Shown: piece by piece, positions 1 to 10,154 of the stretch | Position numbering within the stretch: the stretch's first letter is position 1 | How the letters are laid out: every line of letters begins with the position of its first letter | From: a virus | Length of the DNA: 64,000 bases | Strand: one strand, 5' to 3' | Virus record (IMG/VR): IMGVR_UViG_3300044940_000489 | Coordinates: 1 to 64,000 of that record | Position numbers and translations under genes: made by a program | Notes under the pieces: model-generated | Databases searched by the model: none | What the model was told of the DNA's origin: nothing | Seen by the model: the letters and a program-made list of their open reading frames with translations, nothing else

Positions 1-1481
1 ATCTCAAAGGTGCCGTTTAGGATAGTTGTTGTCAGACCAGACAAGCTGATCGTCTGGCCTACAGAAAAACTGTGTGGGGCAGAAGTTGTGATTGTAACTA
101 GATCGGAGGTTCTTTGAATATTAGTTACGGTAGCCGAGGCAAGTGCGTTGTCGTCACGTTTTGCTATCCAATAAACGTCTGCGTTAGAAGGCACGCTCTC
201 TGGAGCGGCCTTTGCAATTGTACCTTCGCCAGGGCCCGGAGTCAAGGAATAGACGCCTACACACTTCGACGCCTTAGCGGATGCGGAAGTTGTAGGATAT
301 GCGGTTGAAAGAGTAATGGTTGTTCCAGATACTGTGGCTACTCTGCGCCATGCAGTATCACTATGGGTCTCGGATTTAATCCAGTCGCCAGCCTGAATAC
401 CAGTAATTGTAAGAGCAGCAGTTACAGTGGTTGAGCCTGAAGTAAAAGTAAATGTATTGGCCGGTTGAAAATCTAAATTCCTTTGAAGGTTTAGGTAAAG
501 TACTTCTCCATTGGCTAGAGTCGTAGAGCCCTGCTTGATGGTATAGGCTCGCGGGCCAACTATTGATCTAATGTATAGATCGGTAGTCCAATCTAAAAGA
601 CCTGGTGTTGTGGCACTGTGTTTAAATATTCCCGATCCAGTTAATAGAGATCCTAGCGCATCGTTCCAGGTGTCTGTAAGGTTGACTCCGGTCAGGGAGC
701 TTGAGCCGTTTGAATACCAGAAGGAAGATCCGGTAATCCTCTTAATCTGGCTCATGACAAAATCCATCCAGTCCTTGAAGGTATCAAGTTCCCAGTCGCC
801 ACCAGCAAATGGATCTGGGTCGGACGGTGATGTAGCCGTTAGATTATTTTCAGTGGCAGGTGTGACATTCAATTCATTAGATGGGGAAGGACTTGCTCCG
901 CCCGATCCAAGCCTAAAAAGTCCGCGTTTAGCGTTTTTAATGCTCGTTACGTTATTAGATAAATTAGTCTGAATAACGGCAATTGGAGCCGTGTCGCCGA
1001 AGTCTGTGGTAGATATTACAAATTCATAATTAAGTACCAAGCCACGGGGAACAGTTTTAGTGAACTCCACCTGTGCGTCAACATCCCAGAAGCTGACTAG
1101 GTCAGATGTATTGGGATCAGAAGCTCTCTTGAATCGAACGCCCAAATAATTCGCTTGGTTTGGCGCAAACGCTCCAACAACCTTGGAATTGCTAGTAGAC
1201 AGAGTCTCGTTGGCAGTGCCTGGATCTACTCTCAGAAAGGAGCCGTCTTTATTTGCTGGCACCCACACAACCGCCGAATCTACGACTACTTGAAGGGCAG
1301 TAGCTGGGCCGTTGATTCCGGTCACTGGGATATTGAAGCCCCTAAGAATATAAGGCTCATTGTTTACAAAGCCCCTTACGAGCATTTGGAAGTCGTAGAT
1401 AATAGACGAGTCCAATGCCTTAAGATCGGGCTGGTCCACGCGCTGCTGCTGCAGCCAATTTCTTGACTCTTTTAACGACAT
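1..1481 (-). CDS. baseplate/tail-fibre structural protein (runs off window start; absent from ORF track)
   Basis: ATG at 1481 with GGTGA RBS; reads MSLKESRNWLQQQRVDQPDLKALDSSIIYDFQ...; near position 1 reads VTITTSAPHSFSVGQTISLSG..NGTF, the beta-repeat found in neighbouring baseplate proteins. Confidence 0.8.
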   Translation of the reverse strand, partial: MSLKESRNWLQQQRVDQPDLKALDSSIIYDFQMLVRGFVNNEPYILRGFNIPVTGINGPATALQVVVDSAVVWVPANKDGSFLRVDPGTANETLSTSNSKVVGAFAPNQANYLGVRFKRASDPNTSDLVSFWDVDAQVEFTKTVPRGLVLNYEFVISTTDFGDTAPIAVIQTNLSNNVTSIKNAKRGLFRLGSGGASPSPSNELNVTPATENNLTATSPSDPDPFAGGDWELDTFKDWMDFVMSQIKRITGSSFWYSNGSSSLTGVNLTDTWNDALGSLLTGSGIFKHSATTPGLLDWTTDLYIRSIVGPRAYTIKQGSTTLANGEVLYLNLQRNLDFQPANTFTFTSGSTTVTAALTITGIQAGDWIKSETHSDTAWRRVATVSGTTITLSTAYPTTSASAKASKCVGVYSLTPGPGEGTIAKAAPESVPSNADVYWIAKRDDNALASATVTNIQRTSDLVTITTSAPHSFSVGQTISLSGLTTTILNGTFE

Positions 1482-1534
1482 CTAATCACCATTTTTGGGG
1501 ATTTTAGGAGGGCATTCCGGGAATAATACCGAAT

Positions 1535-1567
1535 ATTAAGTTTTTGACTTAAACTCTTGATATCATT
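1535..1567 (-). promoter_or_regulatory. putative late promoter (IHF-like site + 7 nt + AACTTAAT)
   Basis: minus strand TATCAAGAGTTTA-N7-AACTTAAT upstream of ATG 1481; same architecture at 7 other sites. Confidence 0.65.
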
Positions 1568-1572
1568 CATGT

Positions 1573-2007
1573 TTATGACCCATCCCCAACCTCATTTGAT
1601 ATGAAAATTCCTCTAAAATTAGCCGAGAACGTAATTATGCCTCTGGCTTGGACGGTCCAGCTATCATTTTCAAATAGAACTTTCTGAATAGTATACATAA
1701 CTTTATTGCTGAGTCTATCCACTACTTCTATTACTGCATACTTCTGATAAAAAAATGATTGTATAGTAGATATATCCATGATGCCAGGGCCATCAAGTCC
1801 GCCCTGGTCCCTTACTCTAAGGCCTCCGAGGCTTCCTGATACACTGTAAGTGGTCGGGGCAAGTTCCCTTGCAAACGGATTATCTATCTCATGAATAACT
1901 TTTATATTTTGGCTTCTTGCGAATGACAGTGCGGTAGCGAATCCTACCACAGATCCGTTTATTCTAAGTATTACGCCAGCTCCTGGCTGTAGCTGTTGCT
2001 GTGCCAT
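1573..2007 (-). CDS. tail-tube-like protein (probable tube initiator / baseplate tube paralog)
   Basis: N-terminus GAGVILRINGSVVGFATALSF parallels tube protein 39390..39857 (GARAQLIVNGKIVGLFTSCSW); located in the baseplate cluster. Confidence 0.65.
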   Translation of the reverse strand: MAQQQLQPGAGVILRINGSVVGFATALSFARSQNIKVIHEIDNPFARELAPTTYSVSGSLGGLRVRDQGGLDGPGIMDISTIQSFFYQKYAVIEVVDRLSNKVMYTIQKVLFENDSWTVQARGIITFSANFRGIFISNEVGDGS

Positions 2008-4058
2008 TATTCTGGATCTCCTGCGTATACGTATCCTGAAATATCGTGCAGACCAGGATTACTTGGATACGTGACGATAACAGACAAGAAAATGCCTGAT
2101 GCTACAAGCTTCTCTATTAATTTCTGTGCCTCAATCCTTCCGGCAATAGTTCCGGTTAAATAAGCTCCATAGTCTGTGCCGTCCTGCTTAGGCTTGTACG
2201 CTTTTATATTAGTAAGTAGGGCTATGTCTTCTCCAGGCACGTGAGACTTTTTAAATTTATAAGACGGGTCTATAAGCAGGCTGTTGCTTGATGGTCTGCC
2301 GTAGTAGCGTATTGGCCCCTCTTCTGAACTAGTCCCGAATCCAATAATTAAAAACCCCTCTTTGTCAGGGAATTTTGAAGTGTCGGCGCCTACCATTACA
2401 GTTTTAAGCTCGCCAGCACCGATAGTTTCTTGAAGCGTAGTGGAAGTTTTAGCAATGGGGAGCCCGCTTGTTGGATTAAACAGGTATGACCCCAAATACT
2501 GGCTATTAGTATTTGTTTCGTGAATGTGCCAGCTTCCGATAAGTTCCCGCTTCACAATTTTAGTTGTTGCCGGCAGAAACACCACGATTTCATATGGATT
2601 AACTTCGTATACAGTAGCATATCTGTTGAGCTTTAGTAGATCGGTTCTCTGCGGCTTATAAAAGACAACATCGTTTGAAAAATCTTGTGTGTATGTAAAC
2701 GTATTAGCTGTCGTGCCAGTAATAGTAAATTGGCCGTTGAAGCTTGAGTCCTCGACACCAAAAATATTAACAACCTGTCCGGTAGTGTACCCATGATTAG
2801 CAGTAGTGGTAATGGTGGATGTACCCGAAGAGCGGACAGCTCCTGACGATGGAGCAGCTATCGTCGCCTCATGAAGTACAGTGCCACCTCCAGATGACGC
2901 ATTGGGACCTGCCTGTGCATATGTAAAAGTGGTTGGTCCTGCAGTAGCCACAGTGAAGGTGCCATTAAACGAGGCATTGGCCACATCTACTATTCTGATT
3001 TTTTGACCAACGCTAAGGCCATGGGCTACAGTAGTTGTAATTGTTACAATATTTGACGCCCGAACTGCCCCGGTAGGTGCATCGGCCATGGTTATTGAGC
3101 GCCTTACTGTGCCTAACCCTGAATTTGCACTGGCGCCAGATAAAGTTACTGGAGCCTGCGGCTTAAAGAGCGGATTTATTATCTCAAAAAAAGCTGCACC
3201 GACTGAGCCGCCCTGAACATTTTCAATGGTAAAATATCCACGGTTTGCGTCAAGATACGCAGATCCGTATATATTGACATAATCGCCAACATCGACAAAA
3301 TTAAGTCCCGGATCTGGCCCCGAAGTCCAGGTAAATCTTACATACGGCCCATTGAAACTAGTTGTAAATTGAGTATTGATTTTAGGCGAAGCCTGCTTAT
3401 CGGCGGGGAATCTTAGAGAATTCTGGGCCTCGCCGCCTATTACAGTAATGGAGGATTTTGGGCCTTTTGTTCCAGACAATAGCTGAACATATTTTTCGCC
3501 GGTATCGTTGTCTAGAGCGACCGAAGCGGTGAGCGTATATCCCTGATTAAATGCTGCATTAGATATTGCATTGGCGACTTCTTCAGCAGTGGCAAGACCT
3601 ATATTAGAGAAATCTGATTCTTTAAAAGTAACAGTAAGTGGCCTATCGTTAGTATCTACTTTAATAACTAAAGTCATGCCATCATCGAGAATGTACTTTT
3701 CAGGTTTTCCAGAAAGGACATTCGCTCTGGTGGCATCTTCGCCATAGAAAATTTCAAGTACATCTAGGAAGATATTATTAACAAGCTTGGAATTCGTCTG
3801 CTTAATGGCAATTTCTCTAAGCAGTGCGTCGTCAATGCCGACTCCAGGGGGCCGAGTAATGCCTATGCCAGCCAGTAGCTTATCTAGAAAAACTCCTGAG
3901 GCAGTCGCCAGAAATAGCTGCTCTTTAACTGCAATAATATTATTGCGATTAATATCGTCCCCAACAGCAATCGCCTCAAGCAGGCCGTTTGTGTACAGCC
4001 CCTTGATTCTGCTATTTAGAAACTTTCTTAAATCTTTAAAAGAGCCCTGATCTGACAT
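2007..4058 (-). CDS. baseplate wedge protein with beta-repeat (E1 FCCH-like) domains
   Basis: N-terminal LATASGVFLDKL..GITRPPG...DDALLR typical of wedge proteins downstream of baseplate J; two TITTT.AHG..VG....FNG.F repeats. Confidence 0.65.
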   Translation of the reverse strand: MSDQGSFKDLRKFLNSRIKGLYTNGLLEAIAVGDDINRNNIIAVKEQLFLATASGVFLDKLLAGIGITRPPGVGIDDALLREIAIKQTNSKLVNNIFLDVLEIFYGEDATRANVLSGKPEKYILDDGMTLVIKVDTNDRPLTVTFKESDFSNIGLATAEEVANAISNAAFNQGYTLTASVALDNDTGEKYVQLLSGTKGPKSSITVIGGEAQNSLRFPADKQASPKINTQFTTSFNGPYVRFTWTSGPDPGLNFVDVGDYVNIYGSAYLDANRGYFTIENVQGGSVGAAFFEIINPLFKPQAPVTLSGASANSGLGTVRRSITMADAPTGAVRASNIVTITTTVAHGLSVGQKIRIVDVANASFNGTFTVATAGPTTFTYAQAGPNASSGGGTVLHEATIAAPSSGAVRSSGTSTITTTANHGYTTGQVVNIFGVEDSSFNGQFTITGTTANTFTYTQDFSNDVVFYKPQRTDLLKLNRYATVYEVNPYEIVVFLPATTKIVKRELIGSWHIHETNTNSQYLGSYLFNPTSGLPIAKTSTTLQETIGAGELKTVMVGADTSKFPDKEGFLIIGFGTSSEEGPIRYYGRPSSNSLLIDPSYKFKKSHVPGEDIALLTNIKAYKPKQDGTDYGAYLTGTIAGRIEAQKLIEKLVASGIFLSVIVTYPSNPGLHDISGYVYAGDPE

Positions 4059-4059
4059 A

Positions 4060-7000
4060 TTATGTTGACAATGATACTGTAATATTATTGATATTAGTAA
4101 CCACTGCCTTCTCGTCCTCGTTAATGACTATTTGAAGGTTAGTCTGGTCGTAAACAGGTGCTGAGATCGCCATTGCCTGGACCCCGTTAAGTTCCTGTAC
4201 GACAGAGATTACTCTAGAGAAAATAACTGCTTCCCCGGTACCCAGGCTGTTAATATAGGCAGCTACCGCAGACTGAACTCTTGATTTAATTGTAGAGAAG
4301 GGGATGCCTGACAGGTTCTTTACTACGATGGACATAGTAATTTCGCGTGGAAGCGGTGATGTGATCTCGATGTAAGATCCTGCTGCCGCAACGCCTGGGA
4401 ACCCAACTGGGTCTTCTGCTTGGCCGCGAATCTTCTTCCCTACTGCGCTGATTAGTCCTCCGTAATATTTGTAGGAATCTTCGCCAGTTTGAACTGTAGT
4501 TTTGAACGCAAGCTTGCTTATGGCAGATACGGAGCCTCCTACTGAAGGCGCGACCTTGTTTGCGACTCTGTCAGTGTCCAGAATCAGTGTTACAGCATTT
4601 GCATCCGTAGGATCTTGTGCCATATTAATAATCTTGCGAACGCTTTTAAATGTAGATTTCTCTGACACAGTAACATTATTAAAATTAGTTCCTAGTGCCA
4701 CAGGACCTGCGACTGCAGGGAAATTCACAGTTACGTCGAACTGCGTTGCAGTCGGGAATGGGGTGTCTTTAACCGTATAAGTGCCAATATTTAGGGCGCC
4801 CAGAACATCGGAGGCGATAATAAATTTATCGCCAGGCATCACGGAATCATAGCTATAAAGTGCGATATTGGAGTTTGCCGATAGAACCACTTCCTCTTCT
4901 ATAGCGGAAGCATTCTCTATATACAGACTATTTGATCCGAATACTCTTAGTACCTGGAATATGCCCTGATTAGCTACACTGAAAGCGCCTGTAATCCTTA
5001 ACCAATCGCCCTCTTGAACCCCTCCACCGGTAAAGTTAGGAGCCGTGCCAGTTCCTGTGTGCGACAGGCAAACATATTGGCCCTGTTTTGAGATTTTAAT
5101 CTGAGTCGTGTTGTTGCCAGAATGTGTCCTTGCAGTTTGGAATGTTCCGCTAACTGATCTTGTGACGCGACCAAACGCACCTGGGTTAGAAAGCTGAATC
5201 TGAGTAGTTCCATCGAAATCCAGATCTTTTGCCTGTACCGCTGTATTTGATAATTCAATATACTGACCAGTCTGGAAGCCCGACTGGTTAGCCTTAGCAA
5301 TGTTGATCTTCGCAAAAGGAATCGCGACAGTTCCGCCACCAGAGAAGATTGAGGTGATCGAGCCAGACCCAGTAGAAACTGAAGTGACGGTGCCGCCGCC
5401 AGAAGTAGCGTTGGGGCCTGCATTGGAGTAGTCAAAGGTAGTAGCAGTAGCGGCAGTTACGGTAAACGTGCCGTTGAAGCTTGTGTCAGCCACGCCAGAG
5501 ACTACTACTTGATCTCCCACAACAATATTATGTGCCGCAGTAGTTGTGATCGTAGCCACACCGGATGACCTGGACGCACCAATTGGTGACGCAGATATAA
5601 CTGGATTTCCAATTGATGTATTTACTGTAAACTGAGTTGAAGTCGGAGTTGAAACAACTAAATAGTTTCCGTTAAAGCTGCTGTTAGCGATACTTCCGAC
5701 AGTAACTCTATCTCCAACTATTAATTTATGTGGCGTTGTTGTATTAAACGTAATGACACCGGCAGACCTCGTAGCTCCAGATGGAGAAGCTGCAATGGAA
5801 GCGTATGTATACGTTTCGGAGTACTGGAAGGTCTTAGCTGTAATGGAGGTTATGACAAATCTTCCGTCAAAATTTGAATTCTCGCATCCGCTAATAATGA
5901 CAGTGTCGCCTACAGCAAGGTCATGCCTGTCTGTGCATGTTACAGTTACGGTTGATCCGGTCCTGCTTATGCCGTTGGGCTGATCTTCAATATTGGCTTG
6001 ACCCGTAGCCGATCCAGCAGTGGTAACCGCACCTGAGGCTTCGTTAGCGGCTCCGCCAGATACCTGTACTGCACCAGAGGTACCGAATAGGTTACTGTAT
6101 ATCTGGATTTTGCCTGCATCAGTAGAGGCGTTGATGTTAGCCAAAGACGAAAGCCCAGTAACGGCAAACTTATTAAGGAAGCGCACGATTGCGCCGGAGC
6201 GCACTGGGATTAAATAAAAATATTCGCCAACTAATGTATAATCTGGATCTGACTCTGGAAGTGCGAGGTTTTCTTTCAAAGTGAAGCTGTTAACTGGTAC
6301 TGATGTGGTGCCGATATTAGAAGTTAATACCCAGTTTTCGCCGTCATCAAGCTGGTAGAAAGAGTTCGCCCCGCTAGTGTCGTCCCAAGTAGATGTCTCA
6401 ACAACTCCGGCGCCCGACTGAAGCTGCTGCACGCTAATATAATCAGCGAGATTATTATTGACATAAGTTCCTATTAAATTCGCAGTATTAGCTGCGGCAA
6501 CAAGAGGATAGAATCTTAGCTCTGATGCAGAATTTAGTTGAATATTATTTTCTAATACTCCATCAAAATTCGAGATTTCAAACCAGTTGGCCGTAACAGC
6601 AGTAACTTTATAGAGTCCCGTGTTGTCTTGGTTGAAGTCAGAGGAGACAGAAATATTAACGATATCTCCAACTAAGATGCCAGCACCCGTAAAGTTAGGG
6701 GCTGTGCCAGTGCCATTCCAAGTATAACGATAGGTATTGGCTATTGGATTTGTTACGTCAAACTGAGTAGTATTGTCCCAGGCTCCTCCCAGCCGTTCTG
6801 CGCCTGAGGACAGGAAGACTTTGATGTCCGTATGTTTTTTAACTTGAACAGTGTGGGTCAGAGCGGCAGATGGGGATGCTGGGTAGTCGATACCAAATCG
6901 GATCTTTTCTCCGATGGGGCCGTACTTAGCGGCCCGGATGAGCATTTTATTGTTAGGGCCCGTCGGGTCCACAATCTGTCGTGCACGCAAATGTACCTTA

Positions 7001-10000
7001 AAATCATTAAAGTCAAAGTTGTCGCCGAACTGATCTGGGAAGTTGGCGGTCGGACCTGCATCTGCATCGTAGGCATTAAACTGATTCGCAGAGACCGCAA
7101 CGGAGACTTGGCCCTTGCGACCCATTGGGATATTAAACGCCTTATTGACGCCGTCCCTATCTATAATAGCAACAAGGCTATCTAGTGCCGCAAAATTAAA
7201 GGGCTCTGCTACAAAATATCTATCGCCCGCCAGAAGTTCCTTAAGGCGACTTTCTGCCCTAAGAGTTACGTTAGTGCCTGAGATATTAGCAATCTGAGCT
7301 TCGACATTTTTATTATTAGACTCATCTCCGTATCTGTCTAGGAAGGACACAAGAGCATTTCTGCTTGCGCCATTTGTCAATAGGTTGATGCCAGAAGTGA
7401 AGTTAAGGGGCGGAATTGCAGTTGTGCCAGTAGCAATGGCGTCGTGTATGAAGGAGGGAGTAGTCAGCTCTGATCTTCCAGATTCGGAGAAGGCCGTGTG
7501 AGTTATTGTTGCATCATCTTTATCGCCAGGCAAGAAGCCAAGTCCATCTGCGTTTGCAGAGACTCCGGCTATCATTATAGAGCCGTTCAGGCCATATGTA
7601 TTAGAGGATATGTTTATAAATTTCCCATTAGAGACTGATGCGCTGCCGCCCTGAAGCTGAGTATTTATATTATTTGTTATGGCAGTTAAGGTATTTAGTC
7701 CAGTCAAAAGATTGATTGGCTGAATAGTTCCAGTTGATCTCACAAATGTAATCTTCTCAGTTCCCAATAGCGTAAGGGCGCCTGATGCCGATACAAGAGA
7801 ATCAGTAATCCTGATCTCGAACCAAGAATTCGATTTATTAATTACTCTAAAGTGGCCGATGAAATCGATATCGTGTGTTCTGATTGCGTTGTCGGCTATT
7901 ACCACCCAGTCGCCTGGCAAAACGTCTACAAAAGCACTGGTATTTGATGAAGTAAATCTCCAGATGTTAGTAGATGGGGACGTTATTGTGATCGTACTGC
8001 CTACCGTTGCTCCATTGGGGATATATTCTGCTTCTGTATCGTCAAGAATTACCCACATTTTGGGAGCTACTGTAGTTCCCGATCCGGCTGGCAAAGTAAT
8101 TGAGCCTGCAGATATTTCTGCTGAAGTAACAAAAGCTTTTGTGTTCTTAGAGCCTGCCGTAATATTGTCGCCTGCGGACAGTGGAGTTGCTAGCTGTATC
8201 TGGCCAGTAGACCTGTTAAGGGAGTAATCTGATGCTCTGCCGAGGTCTTCTATGGTTCCGGTGCCGGGGAATATTAAAGTACGAAGTGTGCCGCCCTGAA
8301 TAGAAATTTTTGCATTATTGGAGGCCCCCTTATTGGAAACAAGCTTAATCTGATTGCCCTGGACAGTCGCGGTTATGCCAGGAATAATAGCATTGAACAC
8401 GTTTGCCCAAACTGAAAGCGGGACAGTTTCCGACATTACTGCATATCCAAAGGGGACGAAATCGGCGTCTTGGAATGTGTAAGTGACTGGGCTAGACTGT
8501 TGGTCTAATTGCACGATAAGCGTTTTAGAGCCAGATATAATGCTCCACAAGCTTTGTGGTTTTGTAAAGATCGTGGGCACTTCCCCGTCTTTAAGAAGAA
8601 GTACGTCATTTTTGTACAGCCTAAGGGAGTACGTGAGATTTTCTGCAAAGCCCATATAGTCGTTCGCGTTAATGGCATTACTATTTGCAGGGCTTACGAC
8701 TTTTATGTCTTCATTTTCAAATGACTTGGCGAACAGAATAATATTCTTGCTGTTCTTAGATGCTCTGGCGCTGAAAAGTAGTGAGGTATTGGAGTTAATA
8801 GAATTAACGACTTCAAATGTATCTGCTGCATTTTGAGTAGCAAAATCTGAATTCTGGAACGTGTGCTCGGACCGTACTCCGCCAACCTCTACTGCCAGTA
8901 CATAGCTGCCAGTAATGGCAAATGGTGCCGTGAACGATGTCTCCACAAGGGCCTTGGTAATGTCTTCACGCTGAAGCTGGAGAAATTTTTCGCCGCCATT
9001 TGCATTTTCGATTACTTGCTCAAAACCACGGCCACTGAAAATGGGCTGGTACGCGGTTCCATCGTCGATGAAGAGAATGGCGGGCTCATTGCGCTGAGCT
9101 GGTTTTCTGAGCTGAGCTGAGGCCACTGACTTATTATCATCAGTAGACTGTGTTCCAACCGCTGCGGACCTAATAGCAAGATCAGTACCCTTGGTCTTAT
9201 TCTGCTCAAAGTTCTTAATTAGTAGGCGATAGTCGATGTCGGACATCTTGTCGCGACCGGTTACGTAGGCAGTCGGGTTAGTGACGCCAGCACCTGGGAA
9301 TGGGTCTGTTGCAAATTCTGATATGGCACCGGCTGCGACGTTTCCTATTGTTCCGATCTCTGTGCACGAAACGGCAATATCAGATAGTGAATCTTCGCCA
9401 TCAGGCAAGGTCACAGTATTAACTACTAGGAAGGTGACTGAAGGGGAGGTAGCATTTTGCTTTGTTTGAACAATAGTCCCTGCAGATACGACCTGATCGC
9501 CACCCTGCGCCAGCACTACTGACTCATTCAAGTTGTGATTTTTTGTAGTTGGAGCAGTAAGGGTCATTTGGAAATAGCTTCCAACTGGAGTGATCGCAGA
9601 ATAGTTAATAGGCCCTTCGACGTTATTAGAGCCGCGACCAATGTATACGGCCCCAGAGTTCGGGAAGCCGTCTTTAGCCGAGATGTTGATAGTTAAAGAT
9701 CCGATTGGCGGAGCTGCAGCACCAGCATAAATCTTAGTGGCTACTTTAGTTGTGTTTAATCTTTTGATAGTTACAAAACCAGTCGCGGCCAGGGCCTGAG
9801 GTCGGGTTACGCCCTTTGCAATACCAATATTATCCAGATCGGCCCCTTCGGCCCTATCAATATCAATTGAATTAAGGGCGGCGATTATATTAGCCTGATT
9901 CTTAAAATCTACAAGGGCTGCAGATTCCAGAATAGATCGGATAACGGAACCTGGGGTCAGATCGTTGACGCCTGTCTTTGCGACAAACGTCTGAATCATA

Positions 10001-10047
10001 CCTTTTTCTATTTCTTGATAGCTTTTAGGCTGTGGCGTATTAGGCAC
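4060..10047 (-). CDS. baseplate J / T4 gp6-like wedge protein with large insertions (1995 aa)
   Basis: N-terminal PGSVIRSILE..AEGADLDNIG...GVTR..A, GTIGNV.AG.I, GRD..SD..YR; C-terminal YINSLGTGEAVIFSRVISVVQ..NGV. Confidence 0.85.
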   Translation of the reverse strand: MPNTPQPKSYQEIEKGMIQTFVAKTGVNDLTPGSVIRSILESAALVDFKNQANIIAALNSIDIDRAEGADLDNIGIAKGVTRPQALAATGFVTIKRLNTTKVATKIYAGAAAPPIGSLTINISAKDGFPNSGAVYIGRGSNNVEGPINYSAITPVGSYFQMTLTAPTTKNHNLNESVVLAQGGDQVVSAGTIVQTKQNATSPSVTFLVVNTVTLPDGEDSLSDIAVSCTEIGTIGNVAAGAISEFATDPFPGAGVTNPTAYVTGRDKMSDIDYRLLIKNFEQNKTKGTDLAIRSAAVGTQSTDDNKSVASAQLRKPAQRNEPAILFIDDGTAYQPIFSGRGFEQVIENANGGEKFLQLQREDITKALVETSFTAPFAITGSYVLAVEVGGVRSEHTFQNSDFATQNAADTFEVVNSINSNTSLLFSARASKNSKNIILFAKSFENEDIKVVSPANSNAINANDYMGFAENLTYSLRLYKNDVLLLKDGEVPTIFTKPQSLWSIISGSKTLIVQLDQQSSPVTYTFQDADFVPFGYAVMSETVPLSVWANVFNAIIPGITATVQGNQIKLVSNKGASNNAKISIQGGTLRTLIFPGTGTIEDLGRASDYSLNRSTGQIQLATPLSAGDNITAGSKNTKAFVTSAEISAGSITLPAGSGTTVAPKMWVILDDTEAEYIPNGATVGSTITITSPSTNIWRFTSSNTSAFVDVLPGDWVVIADNAIRTHDIDFIGHFRVINKSNSWFEIRITDSLVSASGALTLLGTEKITFVRSTGTIQPINLLTGLNTLTAITNNINTQLQGGSASVSNGKFINISSNTYGLNGSIMIAGVSANADGLGFLPGDKDDATITHTAFSESGRSELTTPSFIHDAIATGTTAIPPLNFTSGINLLTNGASRNALVSFLDRYGDESNNKNVEAQIANISGTNVTLRAESRLKELLAGDRYFVAEPFNFAALDSLVAIIDRDGVNKAFNIPMGRKGQVSVAVSANQFNAYDADAGPTANFPDQFGDNFDFNDFKVHLRARQIVDPTGPNNKMLIRAAKYGPIGEKIRFGIDYPASPSAALTHTVQVKKHTDIKVFLSSGAERLGGAWDNTTQFDVTNPIANTYRYTWNGTGTAPNFTGAGILVGDIVNISVSSDFNQDNTGLYKVTAVTANWFEISNFDGVLENNIQLNSASELRFYPLVAAANTANLIGTYVNNNLADYISVQQLQSGAGVVETSTWDDTSGANSFYQLDDGENWVLTSNIGTTSVPVNSFTLKENLALPESDPDYTLVGEYFYLIPVRSGAIVRFLNKFAVTGLSSLANINASTDAGKIQIYSNLFGTSGAVQVSGGAANEASGAVTTAGSATGQANIEDQPNGISRTGSTVTVTCTDRHDLAVGDTVIISGCENSNFDGRFVITSITAKTFQYSETYTYASIAASPSGATRSAGVITFNTTTPHKLIVGDRVTVGSIANSSFNGNYLVVSTPTSTQFTVNTSIGNPVISASPIGASRSSGVATITTTAAHNIVVGDQVVVSGVADTSFNGTFTVTAATATTFDYSNAGPNATSGGGTVTSVSTGSGSITSIFSGGGTVAIPFAKINIAKANQSGFQTGQYIELSNTAVQAKDLDFDGTTQIQLSNPGAFGRVTRSVSGTFQTARTHSGNNTTQIKISKQGQYVCLSHTGTGTAPNFTGGGVQEGDWLRITGAFSVANQGIFQVLRVFGSNSLYIENASAIEEEVVLSANSNIALYSYDSVMPGDKFIIASDVLGALNIGTYTVKDTPFPTATQFDVTVNFPAVAGPVALGTNFNNVTVSEKSTFKSVRKIINMAQDPTDANAVTLILDTDRVANKVAPSVGGSVSAISKLAFKTTVQTGEDSYKYYGGLISAVGKKIRGQAEDPVGFPGVAAAGSYIEITSPLPREITMSIVVKNLSGIPFSTIKSRVQSAVAAYINSLGTGEAVIFSRVISVVQELNGVQAMAISAPVYDQTNLQIVINEDEKAVVTNINNITVSLST

Positions 10048-10115
10048 TGTCTAAACCTTCGATAATATTAAGTTTTATGGGGTTTTTTAAGACAAAAGAG
10101 GGGTGTACTCAAAAT

Positions 10116-10148
10116 ATTAAGTTTCCACTCTAAGTTATTGTTTTTATT
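10116..10148 (-). promoter_or_regulatory. putative late promoter (IHF-like site + AACTTAAT); second AACTTAAT box at 10067-10074
   Basis: minus strand AAACAATAACTTA-N7-AACTTAAT upstream of gene start 10047. Confidence 0.65.
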
Positions 10149-10154
10149 CATAAA

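Noticed and set aside
114-1466. Plus-strand ORFs 114..308, 571..972 and 1155..1466
   Set aside because: Antisense shadows of the minus-strand gene starting at 1481
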